Shown: one piece after another, positions 1 to 13,180 of the stretch
Layout: each line of letters opens with the position of its first letter
Numbering within the stretch: position 1 is the first letter of the stretch
Origin: Catajapyx aquilonaris
Taxonomy: Eukaryota
Assembly (NCBI GenBank): GCA_000934665.2
Contig: JYFJ02001628.1
Location: forward strand, 1 to 64,000
Reading direction: 5' to 3'
Length of the DNA stretch: 64,000 nt
Notes under the pieces: generated by a model
Told to the model about the DNA's origin: nothing
Database searches by the model: none
The model's input: the letters and a program-made list of their open reading frames with translations, nothing else
Position numbers and translations under genes: made by a program

Positions 1-120
1 AAGTTTTGGCCACTTTATCCTGGTCTTGAACGATCACACACAGTGCCTGCTCACCGTGGGGCCTGTACGAAGGGTTGCTTCAAGACTAGGATAAAGTAGC
101 CAAAACTTAGAGACAGATTG
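1..120. mobile_element. MITE family A copy (left end cut by the window), inverted relative to the 54078 copy
   Basis: Arms aagttttggccactttatcctggtcttgaa / ttcaagactaggataaagtagccaaaactt; ends gagacagattg|TA. Confidence 0.8.
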
Positions 121-555
121 TACTTACTGAAAAAACCCCAGCAACATGATCATGTGGGCGGAAATTCAGTGTCCTTCACAAAAAGCTAATGATTGGATCA
201 AGATCATTTGAAAATTAATCCTACGCAATAGCGTGATACAGTAATTATACATGCGCGGGCGTGATGTCAGCGAACCCCATGCCAAATTGCACCTTTTGTT
301 TCAGTTCCTGGGCCCAAACATGCGTTTATAATTGAAACAACGTTTGGAGCACATCAGTTGCACACACCGGGCACATGGAAAGAATAATAAGCGTATGAAA
401 TTAATATCAACAGTTTACTCGATTGGTTCTCGCATAACTGTGGGCTTACCACGCCAATGGTTTTGAGGCTCGCTGGATCCATAAAATCCGGGGTGACCCT
501 ATACACTGTAATTGAACAAAGCACAACGTCCTCGTGCACGGACTGGTAACATGTA

Positions 556-717
556 CAGTACTGGCCAATAATCGAGGCAACGACTAGCGACATTTTCCCG
601 AAGCGGCAGACAAAGGAATCGAAGATAATCATGCTAGAAGCCGGGCGAGCAAGATTCCTTCTACTGCCGCTTCGGGAAATTGTCGCTAGTCGTTGCCTCG
701 ATTATTGGCCAGTACTG
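556..717. mobile_element. MITE, diverged relative of family B
   Basis: TA|cagtactggccaataatcgaggcaacgactagcgaca...tgtcgctagtcgttgcctcgattattggccagtactg|TA. Confidence 0.85.
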
Positions 718-3700
718 TACGCCACCAACCCTCATTTTTTTCGTGTTTTTTTTTTTTTTTCGCAATTTAGTGCTTTGTAACTGGAACACTGCTGCAGTTC
801 GATCAGGATTTTCAACTAGGAGTTGACGCAACAGTATACAAGGTGTTTAAACAATTGGCATAACATACAGTAGACCCTATAGTATTTTTTGTCTAAATTT
901 CGGCAATGAAATGAGACAGCAAATGGTCCAATCATAAAACAATAAAGAAATCACACTGATCTGTTAAAATATTCCCCATCGTCGCCTTATTTCCCCGCCC
1001 ACTATTTTACCTATAATTACACAGCAGCTCATTTTCCGTTCTAAATAGATTTTGCGTTTCTGCCACACTACCCATCAAACTTTTGGCGTTCCTTTCAACG
1101 AAAGTACTGCTATTTCAGGACCTAATTTTCTCCGCGTCTCGCAAGGGCAAGGGTGGGGCCCAGTATCACGTAACCTGCTCTATGCACAACCTACACAAAT
1201 TCCGGAAGTTCCGCAAAAAAGCACATGTGGTCTGGACGTTGATTTTCGAAACTCTCACAAATATTGCGTTGGCAACCAGTCCTCCATCATATGATACCAA
1301 TTCACGCCCTTTCCTATAAGTTTGCCAAATAGGTAGAAAAAAAAAACAGGTCGTTACGTCAAAGACCAGTTTTTTAATCTTCCCAGAAAAAAAATTAAAT
1401 ATAAATTAAATAAAAATTCAAATATTTATGATCGATGCACAATAAAAAAACATCAAAGCACAGTGTGTCGCAATGCCATAACATTTAGTGTCATTTTGCA
1501 TGGAGATCGAACCCTGTACTTTTAATCCGTTGACATGGAGATAACAGCATCCTTTCACCTAAAATTGGATCTACCCTGTTGAATCACCCTGCATTCACCT
1601 TCCCTAGAACCCGAGTCCCAGGACACATGAAGCCAATTCAATCGATCTACATTTTGTGCTCCCCCCCCCCNCCCCCAAGTCAGTACATTTTTTTTTTTTT
1701 TTTTTAAACAACCCGATAGTTCCAAGTGGAGATAGAGAAAGCGCGCAGAAAGTACCGTGGAGGAAATGAAGTCCACTTATCTACCGAACATTGAACAATT
1801 TTCTTCCTCAGCGTGTTCCATTTGTGACAGGACACAACAGAGTGGAACAAAGCCGATTGCAGCAAGGTGTGCTTCCAGACATCCGTACATCCAATTAAAT
1901 ATTAAATACCAGCATATCGGTTGCGATATCTCAACGAGTTCGTCTATTTCAATAGGAAAGACACGCCAAATATGCATGATGTTGTTAATATTTAAATTGT
2001 GTTCCATGTTGGCAGGACCCGGGACCCACAACCACTAATAAAATCTTTATCACCATGAGGCGGTTGTAACAAGGGCAAAGTTCAGCAAAGAAATCAGCAA
2101 AACTTTGATAGAACAAAGGCAAAAATATTTTCATCGTATTTATAGCCTACGTGACGTTGTGCATATAGCCTATAGGAACTGTCCGTCGTTCCGAAGAGGT
2201 TCGTGTTTCAAAGACACCCCACAAGCACAGCAAACATATTATTACGAAGCCCATACACGACCTGGAATGAAGTTGAGTATCAATATCGCAGTAAACAGGT
2301 TATACGACGGTGATTAACGCCGAATAATAAAAGGGATCGGTTTTAGTAGGAACGCAGTGGGCGCCCTTAGGGTTATAGGTTATACGTGACGTGTATCTGG
2401 AAATAACTCCTTCAGCCATAACTTGAGCAGTGCAGAGAAGCTCATGATTTCCAGGGGGCAGGGTGTGCTTTTGATGTGCTCTCAGGTCGGCCTCAAAATG
2501 GCAAGCCTCGCCAAACTACAGAATATTCCAACATGAAAGGATCATTATTATACCACAGTGTTGCTTTCGGGTGTGATGGGCCTGTTTTCAGAGAAAGCGC
2601 CATGCAAAATTTATTTCTGGGTATATGCATTACCTCTGCATACGCTCCATTAGGAGAATATCAGGTGGGGCGACGCTCAGACAATGACTTCATATCATTT
2701 TCCAGGAGTTCAACAAGCCTAGTTTACCTTCCACATATACATTATTCGTAGGTCACTTTAAATCACAGCATATCAATGTCAGTGACTCTAAAAGTGCATG
2801 TCGGACCTGGCCCTATTTCATTTCAGGGCTTTTATGAGGCTGACTTATATGTCAACAGACCATGTTTGGTATATAGCCTGTACAACCGCCGGCTAGGGAT
2901 GTAGAGTGCTCTTTTTTGATGTCAGCATGTTTGCCCGCAACCTATCAAAAACAGGCCTTCATTACGCATTAGTCTTCATTACTAGTGGCATGATTATGCA
3001 CTTGCGGATGAGTAATAATAACTCGCCAAAACAGTCCAGAACCATTCGTGCCTTTAAAAACCAAACAAGCATCGCATGACTTTAAATTATTCTAAAAATT
3101 GAGCCACTCAATATCTTAGAAGGCCCCACGATTTTTTCCGATAGCTATATCCGGAAATGTATATCCGTTGCATATTTTTGTCGTCTGCACAATCCCACCG
3201 AGAGTGCTTCATTTCCCATAGAAAAGTGGGTTCGGTTCTAGCTTTACTGATAGCACACGTCGGATTTCGAAGCTTCATCCGCTTCCATGGGCAAAATTGC
3301 TCCATTCCTAAATTTGAAAAAAAAATGAAAAAAAAAAAAAATCGTTCACACTCGGAGGAACATGACAATGTCGGTGCAGAATGTAAAGCGAGGTTTCCGA
3401 TGTCAGCTGCGAGTACCGATATAGGAGTTTTCTCTAATAATTTACTTTCCAAGCAGTTTCACATGCTGGGGGAGGAAATGGCCAGAGTTCCGTTTTCCAC
3501 GCTCACTATTGGAGGCTGGGATTTTCCACCAACGAAGTGCCTGGGGAAACAGCTTTTTTGTGTGTGTCAAAAAATTATCGACTTTGTATATGATTTTTCA
3601 AAGCCCTCTCTGTAGCACCAGACCTACTCATATTCTGAAAGCGTCCTAGTTTTGCCATGTACACAAACACTATCGTCGTTTGTACTGCCACAATTCCAGA

Positions 3701-4692
3701 GCAAGTTCGTGTATGTAGCCCATTACAACCAACTGCTAATTGTTTTAGACTGCAGACCCCACTGTAAAGTACCGCACTGTAAAATAATTAAGTTACCTTA
3801 AACAAGAGGAATAGAGACCTGGAGGCTTTGTTATCATGCACTCGACCCTTCTACCCTATATCCTGAACTACCCTCCAGCAATTCAAACTTCAAATTCCCA
3901 TCTTTAGTAATAAGCCTACAGTAATGACGTAACTTTATATGCAGGTTTTGCACAACCCCTGCTTTTCTCTTAGGAACTGTATAATATAGGCAGAGTTTGA
4001 AGGTCCATAAAGTACGTCAGAACAAATTTTGAGTGACCGAATTTTTTGGGGTATATGCATGCCCCAACAATAAAATTGCTGGCGAATAAGCCTGAAGCAG
4101 CAATGTAGCATAAGACATCCAAATCCCATCCAACCCTCCTCCTTCGGCCCTACCTAATCCCTTCCGGATCTGTGCTAATTACCCCTAATGACTATATACC
4201 TGCTCAACCGCTCCCTAATACTCCTCTCAGGACTGTGAACAATGGGGTGCCAGCCTAGGTAGAGCCCAATGTCGAGGGTCATTTCGCCTAAATCCAACTG
4301 CAATGCGGTTTCGCCTGATTAGGACATGTCTCAAGTTGCAACTACACTCTCCCCGCACTGTATTATCTGCGCATTCGAAAACCCATACATTATACTGGTG
4401 CCTGGGAAAAAACCTGCTACCCTGTTCCATATAAGCCTGAATGAAATAACCGAGCCGGCTGGAACCTAATCAGGTTTCATTGTGTCAGATTCAATGCGAG
4501 CGGATTGCGTTAAGTTTCATTAATTTTGATCCGCCCTCTCCCAATGATCGCTAGTAGTAGGTTCATTGGATCCGGGAGTCGTAAATACAATGTCGAAATT
4601 GTCAAAAGTTACCTTCAAAAATATGAGATCAAGTTTATTTTTCAGCTATAGTACAGGGGGGTCCGGAGATACATTATGTGAACATTTCACTA

Positions 4693-5104
4693 TAGCTCCT
4701 GAGACCCCTACACTCTTAACCATTTACCTTCTCTAGAGAGGGTAAGAGAGTGGCCATTTTTTACCTTACATTGTAGGGTAAATATTCTTGGGTAAATTGA
4801 TTCTAAGGTAAATTTTGCATGTATTACCTTAGAAAATAGAGGGTAAAAAATAGGCCCTTTTTACCCTCTATTTTCTAAGGTAATACATGCAAAATTTACC
4901 TTAGAATCAATTTACCCAAGAATATTTACCCTACAATGTAAGGTAAAAAATGGCCACTTTCTTACCCTCTCTAGAGAAGGTAAATGGTTAAGAGTGTAGT
5001 ACACCTTTCAATCTGTGTGTTTTTTTTTACGCGTTTCAGTTAGTCAGAAGGTGCTGGAAAAAAACAAAGGTACAGTATACTGTACCAGGGGTCTCAGGAG
5101 GCTA
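4693..5104. mobile_element. Older TIR element whose left TIR is interrupted by the 4711-4996 palindrome
   Basis: tagctcctgagacccc[TA]gtaca ... tgtaccaggggtctcaggaggcta. Confidence 0.65.
4711..4996. mobile_element. Foldback-like 286-bp palindromic insertion (139-bp arms, 8-nt spacer, TA TSD)
   Basis: TA|cactcttaaccatttacc...ggtaaatggttaagagtg|TA; one arm mismatch seen. Confidence 0.9.
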
Positions 5105-7804
5105 AAGGTGTAATTGCTATTTGAAGTGCAGGAGTAAAAAACTTTCTGAAAATAAGAAAGACGACTCCAGTTTACTTCGGAGGGTTCTCATCTCTGGGCG
5201 ACATTTAGCTCAAATTTACTAAGAGTGTAAAACGAAACGAGTCATAAAAAGAGGACCTCCCATTTTCTAAAGGGAATGAGGACAGTGGAGACCAAATTGT
5301 GATGGGCAATGACCTTCTCAAAACCAGAGTAGTTACAGAGCCAGGAGATGAGACGACTACTTATTCCGCATATATAGCCTGGATTCTGTGATGAAGAGGC
5401 TCGCCAAGAATATTATACGACTTATTCTTACAGTATACTTTTGCTGAAGTAACCGAGTTCTTCGACCCGGATTCTACCAATGATGCTCGACCTTAACGAC
5501 TAACGACATCATTTCTCGTAACTTTTGGAAAACATATCGCATTCCGCATTTCACGGTAGGATGACTTGAGGCAATAATTGGGCGGATTGCGAGTCGTTAT
5601 ATTCTAATAAAAGAGTAACTTCATCATTGTAAAGTTGATTCGGGGATTCTTAGAAAGAGGGCGACTTCCTGTGAGGCGGTATACAATTCCTGCCCTTATT
5701 ATGAAAGTGTACAATTATCAGAAATAAAGGGGCCAAAAATATATTTGAAACATAAGTGTATTAGCATGGTTATTCAATAACTAGCTGGTTGTATTCACAC
5801 AAATTTATATGTTGGTATATTTATTCACAATACGTGTACCTATATTCTCTTCGTTGATACAACCAGCCCTAAAACTTATTTGGTTATTATAATTTACAAA
5901 TCATTGCGTGGCAATATTTTAACAGCAATATCCAACAAAAAATAGCTGTAGTCATGAGATGTATACTGTACGTTTGCGTATACATACGGAATACAAACAA
6001 TAAATTTCATAATTAATTGGAAGTTTTTGTGCAACCGATCAATTTGCGAATTATTGCAGTTATTGGATCGCATACTTTTTTTTTTCAAACAGGCAAATCA
6101 CCATTCGGAAATGAATTGAAAAAGAGTATCCCAATCCCACCACCAATTCTTCGCCATTTTCAGCTAGCGTATAGTACAAAAGAACTTCTGATTACATAAA
6201 TATTCTTCCAGGTATTGAACATCACAGGTCAGGTCGACTCTGATCGAGCACCTGGGGCTATGGAATATCATATTACACCATACCTATATCTCTTTTGAAC
6301 CTGGCACATTCCCCCCTCGGCTATATGGGTACAGTACAATTTCACTGTAAAACCAAGTTTTGGTTAAAATTTGATGGGAAAATGCCGAGCGCGTAATGCA
6401 CTTATTTACAGGTGGAAAAAAATAATCCGGCAGCTGATGGTCATGTTATGCAAAACATCAAAAGCTATTCACGATGGATGGTCGGCTGATGCCAGACCTA
6501 TATTGAAATATTTAATTACACACCCGCCTGCATTGCGCAAACGACTGCAAATAATGCACATAAAGTTACCACGATTTTAACCACTTTTGACCGCTTACGT
6601 CAGATCCACATTATCCTAAACACGTGGCATCCCCAGTTTAATCTCCCACAGAACTTGAAATAAAATCAACTTCGCTCCAAATTTTTTTTCTAGAAAAGCT
6701 TCCAGCGTAAATGGAAGCCCGCATTTAAATAATTCCCAACCTAAAGCAACTTGAAAAACGGCCGTAAAATTCTTATGCAGCAGATGAAACGGTAAGCCGC
6801 TTACAAAGTTTCCAAGGTCTGGTGAACTCTGTAATCCGACGCATTTCGCAAATGTCTAAAATGTCTGAAAGACAAACTAGGTTAGATATTCGGGACATTC
6901 CCCACCTTCCTGTCATTTTATTCCTTTTCCCGTTAATTATCACGCATGCAAACATTTCAAGCCCAAAACATGCAATCCTTTGACTTTAAAGGCTATACCC
7001 ATGCCGGAAAATAAAACACCCCAGTACTTTGAACAATAACGTACTTTAAGCTGCACAAACTCTCGACAATGCACATTAAAGCAGCCATACAAAGTTGCTG
7101 TTCCAGTCATAAATTAATTACTGTCACTGATTACCCCTTAACGAGAGTCATGAAACCTACACAACGCAAATTCGCTGGTTAAATAGCATCCCTAGCTTAG
7201 TATGCATCAAATTTGCTCAGGAAAATGGATTTTCATGTATTAAAAATCAGCGCTGATTTGTAATACACGAAATTCCATTTCGCATGAATTTTTCCCGAAA
7301 AATATTTTTCTGCCAAAATCCATGAAATTTTCTAACCTTGAGGCTACTGCACCTTTCCATTAGCAGCATCCAGTAAATGCTCATGGCTTCCAGTAATGAT
7401 TCTTTTTACATAACACTTGCGCAGGGCAGGTGTGGAATTTCACGCCCCTTGTGATCAGAGGCGTAGAAAGTGCATCCTCTATCCAAACTGGCAGGTTTCT
7501 TTCACACTGCATGGTAACCCCCACCAATGATTAATGAAAGGCATATTCCGTCGCAAGTGGCGCTCTAGCATTCGCTGACATTGACAAATTACGCCATCAA
7601 GTCGATAAATGAACGCATTCTGAACGATTCCACAAGATCGAAACTCTACAAAACATCCGGGGAGAAAGAGCAGAGTTCATGTGTTCCTTCAGAGATCAGC
7701 GAAGGTCACATCCTGGTACAATGTTGCGTAAAAAAAAAAAGTTCAACGTTCTTGGTGCGTACGAACCAACTGATATCACAAGTATGCAACAAGGCCAAGA
7801 TGTA

Positions 7805-7945
7805 CAGTCCGTTAAACGAAAAACGATCTGACGTCACGCCCCGCCTCCACCAGGCTCTTCCCTCCAATCATATCCCTGAATTACAGCGCATGCTCATAAA
7901 ACACGACTGGTGTGACGTCAAACCGTTCTTTCGTTTAACGGACTG
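7805..7945. mobile_element. Small MITE with TGACGTCA in each arm
   Basis: TA|cagtccgttaaacgaaaaacgatctgacgtcac...gtgacgtcaaaccgttctttcgtttaacggactg. Confidence 0.75.
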
Positions 7946-9180
7946 ATGTATCAATATGATTCAAAAATCTGGTCATGTTATTACCTACAGGTAAAAATAT
8001 TTGTCCAAATTATGTAACACCCAGTAATAGACCCCTGATTATTATTAGACACAAATTTGCCAATACTTGGTCATCATTTGGTCAGAGTAGCGCAAGAGCG
8101 AATCAGGGTGGCATAATCGAATTCCTTCCGCGAATGTGAACCGAAGCTCTTGTGGGAACTAGTCTAATTAGGTCCTCGCTAATCACCATTTCTGCCAATT
8201 AAACTTTGCAACACGGCTAGTCAACCATAGGGGTAAGTGTTACCTGAGGCTACAACAACTAGCTCCACTTGAAGCCTCTCAGCAGCTGATACTGTTACCT
8301 CCGGTGGTGCATTCCTTTCAGCTGCCTCGAATAGCAAAAGGAAATCCGCTCCAGGGGGGGCCGCAAGAACTTATTTAAGTGGTTGCTAACTTAAGTGCTT
8401 CGAATTTTGGCGAATATTTGCCGCTTAATCGTATCAGGTTGATGAAAATTATGCAGACGGCCAAAATAGTAGCTGTTTCATTAGTCGCAGTCGCTGTTTA
8501 TCAGATGTTAATGGCTTCCTCGGTGCATCTATGAATGTCGATGACTTATTCAAAAACTACTGTACACTGTTTGGCTATTACGAGTCTCTCTTATTTATAG
8601 TCAACAGTGCGCTTGGTGCATAAAATATCATGCAATATTGAATCAGGCTGCATTTAACTTATGCCATTTATGCCTCTTAATGAAAACTGTTTAGTCGCGG
8701 CATACTTCCACCCTTATTGGCCTGCAGTATAATTAATGTCAAAGGAGTTAATTAACCAGGGGGAAATAGGCATCATGCACCGACAGTAAACAACCTGCAC
8801 TGTAGAGTTAATGCGATTTATGATCGATGTCAAATAAACAGGCGGATTAGGAACCGATTGGGGTGTTAGTTTTTCAAGTCCAACTGCTAACCTCTACAGA
8901 TCTGATATTTTATAATATATACATTTTTTTCATTTGATGATCAAACTGACATTTTGATCTTAATCTACTATTTTTCTGATTTGTTGCTCATCCTCATTAC
9001 CTTGCCACGTGCAACCTACTAATTCTCCAATTAGTGGCAAAATATCTAGAGATTTAACAGCACCACATAAACACAAGGAAGCTCCTGTTGCCTTCAATTA
9101 GGCATCCAATCTGCATAAAACCGTCCTTTAAATCTTAAGGGTGCAGGTACCAATTCCCAGGAGTTACCCTGCAGTTAAAA

Positions 9181-9194
9181 CCACCAGATGGCGC
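9181..9194 (+). promoter_or_regulatory. CTCF consensus-like site
   Basis: CCACCAGATGGCGC. Motif match only. Confidence 0.35.
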
Positions 9195-9700
9195 AGGGAA
9201 CATCCTTCCCCTGCTATTGGCCACCTGAACCAGGCCTAAACCCATTTCTCACCCATCAATCCTCCAGAAAACAGCCTTTTTCTATCTGGAACATCCCATT
9301 TTATCAGCATATCCTTAGTTTATAGCTTCAAACAAGGGAGCGATATAGCGTGTCGCACGCCCCTAACCTTCATTCCTATATCCACCCCTGACCTGTTGCC
9401 CGAAATCATCAATATCGCAGTTATTCGCCGTACAACAAGAAAAAGCCCTTCCCTTTAATTGAAACGTCAGTCCTCTTGCCTCTAGGACTCAGGTTTAATG
9501 AAAAAGGCCGCTCAAGAGACAAAGGAAAAGCCACGCTTCTTTGTGCCGGATTCGCTGCAACGGTAGAAATATTTCATCGCTTTCATCAATTGAGAAGCGA
9601 TAATGACGCCTAGCTTCGTATGAAGCTGGGAAGCATTGGGTCGTGACTGGCATTCAAGATATTGCGATCCGAAGTGATTGTGGCACACACGTGTATAGTA

Positions 9701-9900
9701 CAGTGTTGGACATTAATCGCGTCATACTGCTAGCGACATTTTTCGATGCGGCAGATAGAGTGCGAGCCGTGCGAATCAGAAGAGGTAGGCCTTGGGTGAC
9801 GTTACCCAAGGCCTACCTCTTCTGATTCGCACGGCTCGCACTCTATCTGCCGCATCGAAAAATGTCGCTAGCAGTATGACGCAATTAATGTCCAACACTG
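9701..9900. mobile_element. MITE family B, 200-bp near-perfect palindrome
   Basis: TA|cagtgttggacattaatcgcgtc...attaatgtccaacactg|TA; two mismatches seen, no spacer. Confidence 0.9.
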
Positions 9901-12900
9901 TACATAACTTTCATCTGAGCACTGTATTACATCAACTTGCTGAATAAAACTGCCACATGTAGACATAATAATAAAACGTGAGATTCAGAATTACCATTGT
10001 TGCAACACTACATACGTCATTCCCTACAGTTCTGTTCATGGGTAATGTTCACAAAAGGTTCCTCTGTGAGGGTTAGAAATGCAACAAAAAATATGTGGAA
10101 GGTTCCACAAAGACCGCCCGAAAGTTGCCTGAATAAGCTGAAAAGTAAGCCCAGTTCTGTCAGCGTGTTTGGTCAAAGCATAAGTGTCGTCACCGCAAAG
10201 CTTATGCAAAGCGGGTCCTGTAAGTAAAGCTGGGTTCAGACTGGCTCGTCCTGATTGGTAGATTCCAACCGCAGCGACCCCAGCGGCAAAGATTTCGGTG
10301 TCTATTTGAGCAGGCCAAATACTGTATGACATGTCGTAAAGTTGCGAACAATTGAATCCTGACGTATACAACAATCAGCACTCTAGCAAGGTTTTCATCG
10401 GTTTATACAGTATAGCGCCTACACTATTGCTCAAAACTTTTTTGACATGTAATCCATCACACTACGAAATCGTTATGACACCAGTTAAATATTTATAACG
10501 ACGATATTCAACCAATACGTAAATTGCACATTGCGTAACACCCTTGTTTACGCTACGGCAAGACCCTTGTAAAAGTGCAAAAAGGCGGAGTAACGGTTCT
10601 GTAATCGAGTAACTACCTTTACCCTATTGCGTAACAATCTTCGCTTTCATCTCGACCGAAAAATTCAAATATGCTAACGGAATGCGCATCTTTTGTGCAA
10701 CCCTGCACCCACGTCATATTGCACCCGCCAATTTCGTCAGCTACCTAAAAATGAAATTAATACCCCCCTAGAGGCTAGTTATAGATTAACGGGGATAATT
10801 GGTAACAGGAACATGCATCCTTTGAGAAAGTGATGCTTCAGGTCGGGTAACTACTAGACATCAGAGTAATGAATTTCAGACAGTAGGAAGTCTATAGTTA
10901 AGATGGTTCAGGAAGCAACGAGATGAAAATCAATGAATAAACTGGATTACTGCAAAGAGTCTATTGAAGTAATTGCGTCTATATATGGAGTATCGGCACC
11001 GGTACAGCTACATAATATACCAGAAAAGCAGCAAATTTCTATAAACGGACACCACTCACTCCAACAGAATTTCCTTCCTGGAAATTCATATAGTTTGCTA
11101 CCCTGCATTATTTCCTACTAAAATTTGGAAATTTCTGTTACCAGTTTAAGGTATGGCAAAAAAGCAGCTCAGTGCGTAGTTGGTTGCTTTCTCCAAAAGT
11201 AATTACATGTAGGAGAAATTTATAGTTTGCAGAACTAGCGCATAAAACTTGTGCGGCACATTGCATGTCCAGCAGCTGTTACATTTTGCGGATACTCTAA
11301 CTTTGTCAGTTTCACATGATAGCCTTGAGCGCAATGCCTTCAGTTTTTTTTTACACAAGCAGACTACTGCAGGGTATGACAGGTTGCATTAATATTCATG
11401 GGCGTAATTAATGAGCATACCTGGAATTCACAATGTGCAACGTGCAGTCTCAAATTGTTATTAGGACGAGGCATAATAAGCTGCACAAGCTAGTACTTAG
11501 CATGTAAGTGCTGTAATTATATGCAAAATGACGCGCACGTGCAGATAATTTATGCTTTTAAATCCGGGGCACTGATTGGTTATGTATAATATGTCATTGC
11601 TCCTAAGAAATAATAACGGTCATTTTTTACCTAATGAAAGATGACAACTATTTCGATATTAGCTCAAATATTAACGCCGTGAAAAATTATATTCAGAAAA
11701 TCGCACACTTCAAATAAAATTCTGGCAATACTATTTAAGTTCATCTGACCACAAATCATTAAAGTACATAAAATTAAGTTTCAAAGGAAGATCAAAAATT
11801 CTGAACGTAATCCAGAACGACTTCAAACTTTCGAAAACATTGTCGATAAATAAATACGTAACTTTAAAAATTCTGAGCCCCCCTGTCAAAACCAGCATTC
11901 GCCTAGCATTACCATAAATCTCAAGGAAAGACATCTGAAGATCGTCTGCCTTCGCTGCAATATCCGAACTCCCAACTCACTGCAGATCAAAGATGCATAA
12001 TGACGAGCTTTAATTAGAAGCTCCTTGATTAGAATATGGCTTATAAAACGCGTTTACTTCGTTCAACCCTGAAACAACGCCTGTATTGGACAAAGTTTCT
12101 TGTTCTTTCATCTATAAAAGGAAACTTACCCAGGAAATTGAATTCAATAATTGTAATGTGTACAGTACATTACAGTTGCGATTTATTGACTGCTCCGATT
12201 GTACGCTTCATTCTATTTGTGCTCCACGCAAATAATATATGCATTATATCTGAGTGTTCAAATAATGCGTCCTGCTGTACATTAATGACGCACAGTACAC
12301 ATGTGACGCAAATGTAGTTCAATGTTAATGTTTTTCAGCCCTACAGTTGTTGTTTCGGAAAATTTGCATTTATTATCCATGTTCTGCCTCCATTTCCATG
12401 CCACACACAATAATTATGTAATCCGCTGCAATAATCGCGTAATTTTATGATAAGCACTGCTTTCCATTATTGCCAAACTTCTGCTCCAGTTAACGTTAGC
12501 GTTCATATTATCTGCGGAACAACTTCGTCGTGAGATGCATACATATCCTTACAGTACGCAGCTCTACGTATAATACAGCATACATCAGTGTCCATTCCCT
12601 CAGTCAATAAAAGAATGATAATAACGTACGCGCAGTACCGCTCACTTTTTCCTACAGGATAAGACTAAATATATCCCGAAACGACAATAGCAACATAATT
12701 TCCTGTACGCCGCCTAAATTATTTCACTTTCCGAAACTCCAAAATTGGACCACACGCTTGCAGCAATGAAATTGCAAAATTAATATTGCATTTCAATTCA
12801 GACGGTCAGAAATAGTATCGGCCCCGCTTATTCTACACATTCGCCCAATCTATTCCCATCCGCTGCAGTGCGACTCAGTTTAAACATTTACCGCATTATT

Positions 12901-12954
12901 TTCGGCAACATCCTCCTAGTAATCCACTGGAGGTACAATTTACCAAATTTTTAA

Positions 12955-13180
12955 CAGTGTTGGACATTAATCGCGTCGTACTGCTAGCGACATTTTTCGA
13001 TGCGGAAGACGTGAAAATCGAAGTGATAGAGTGCGATCCGTGCGAATCAGAAGAGGTAGGCCTTGGGTGACGTCACCAAGGCCTACATCTTCTTACTCCC
13101 ATGGCTCGCACTGTATCACTTCGATTTTCACGTCTGCCGCTATGTCACTAGCACTATGACGCGATTAATGTCCAACACTG
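12955..13180. mobile_element. MITE family B copy
   Basis: Same TIRs, with an extra cgtgaaaatcgaagtga segment in both arms. Confidence 0.88.
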
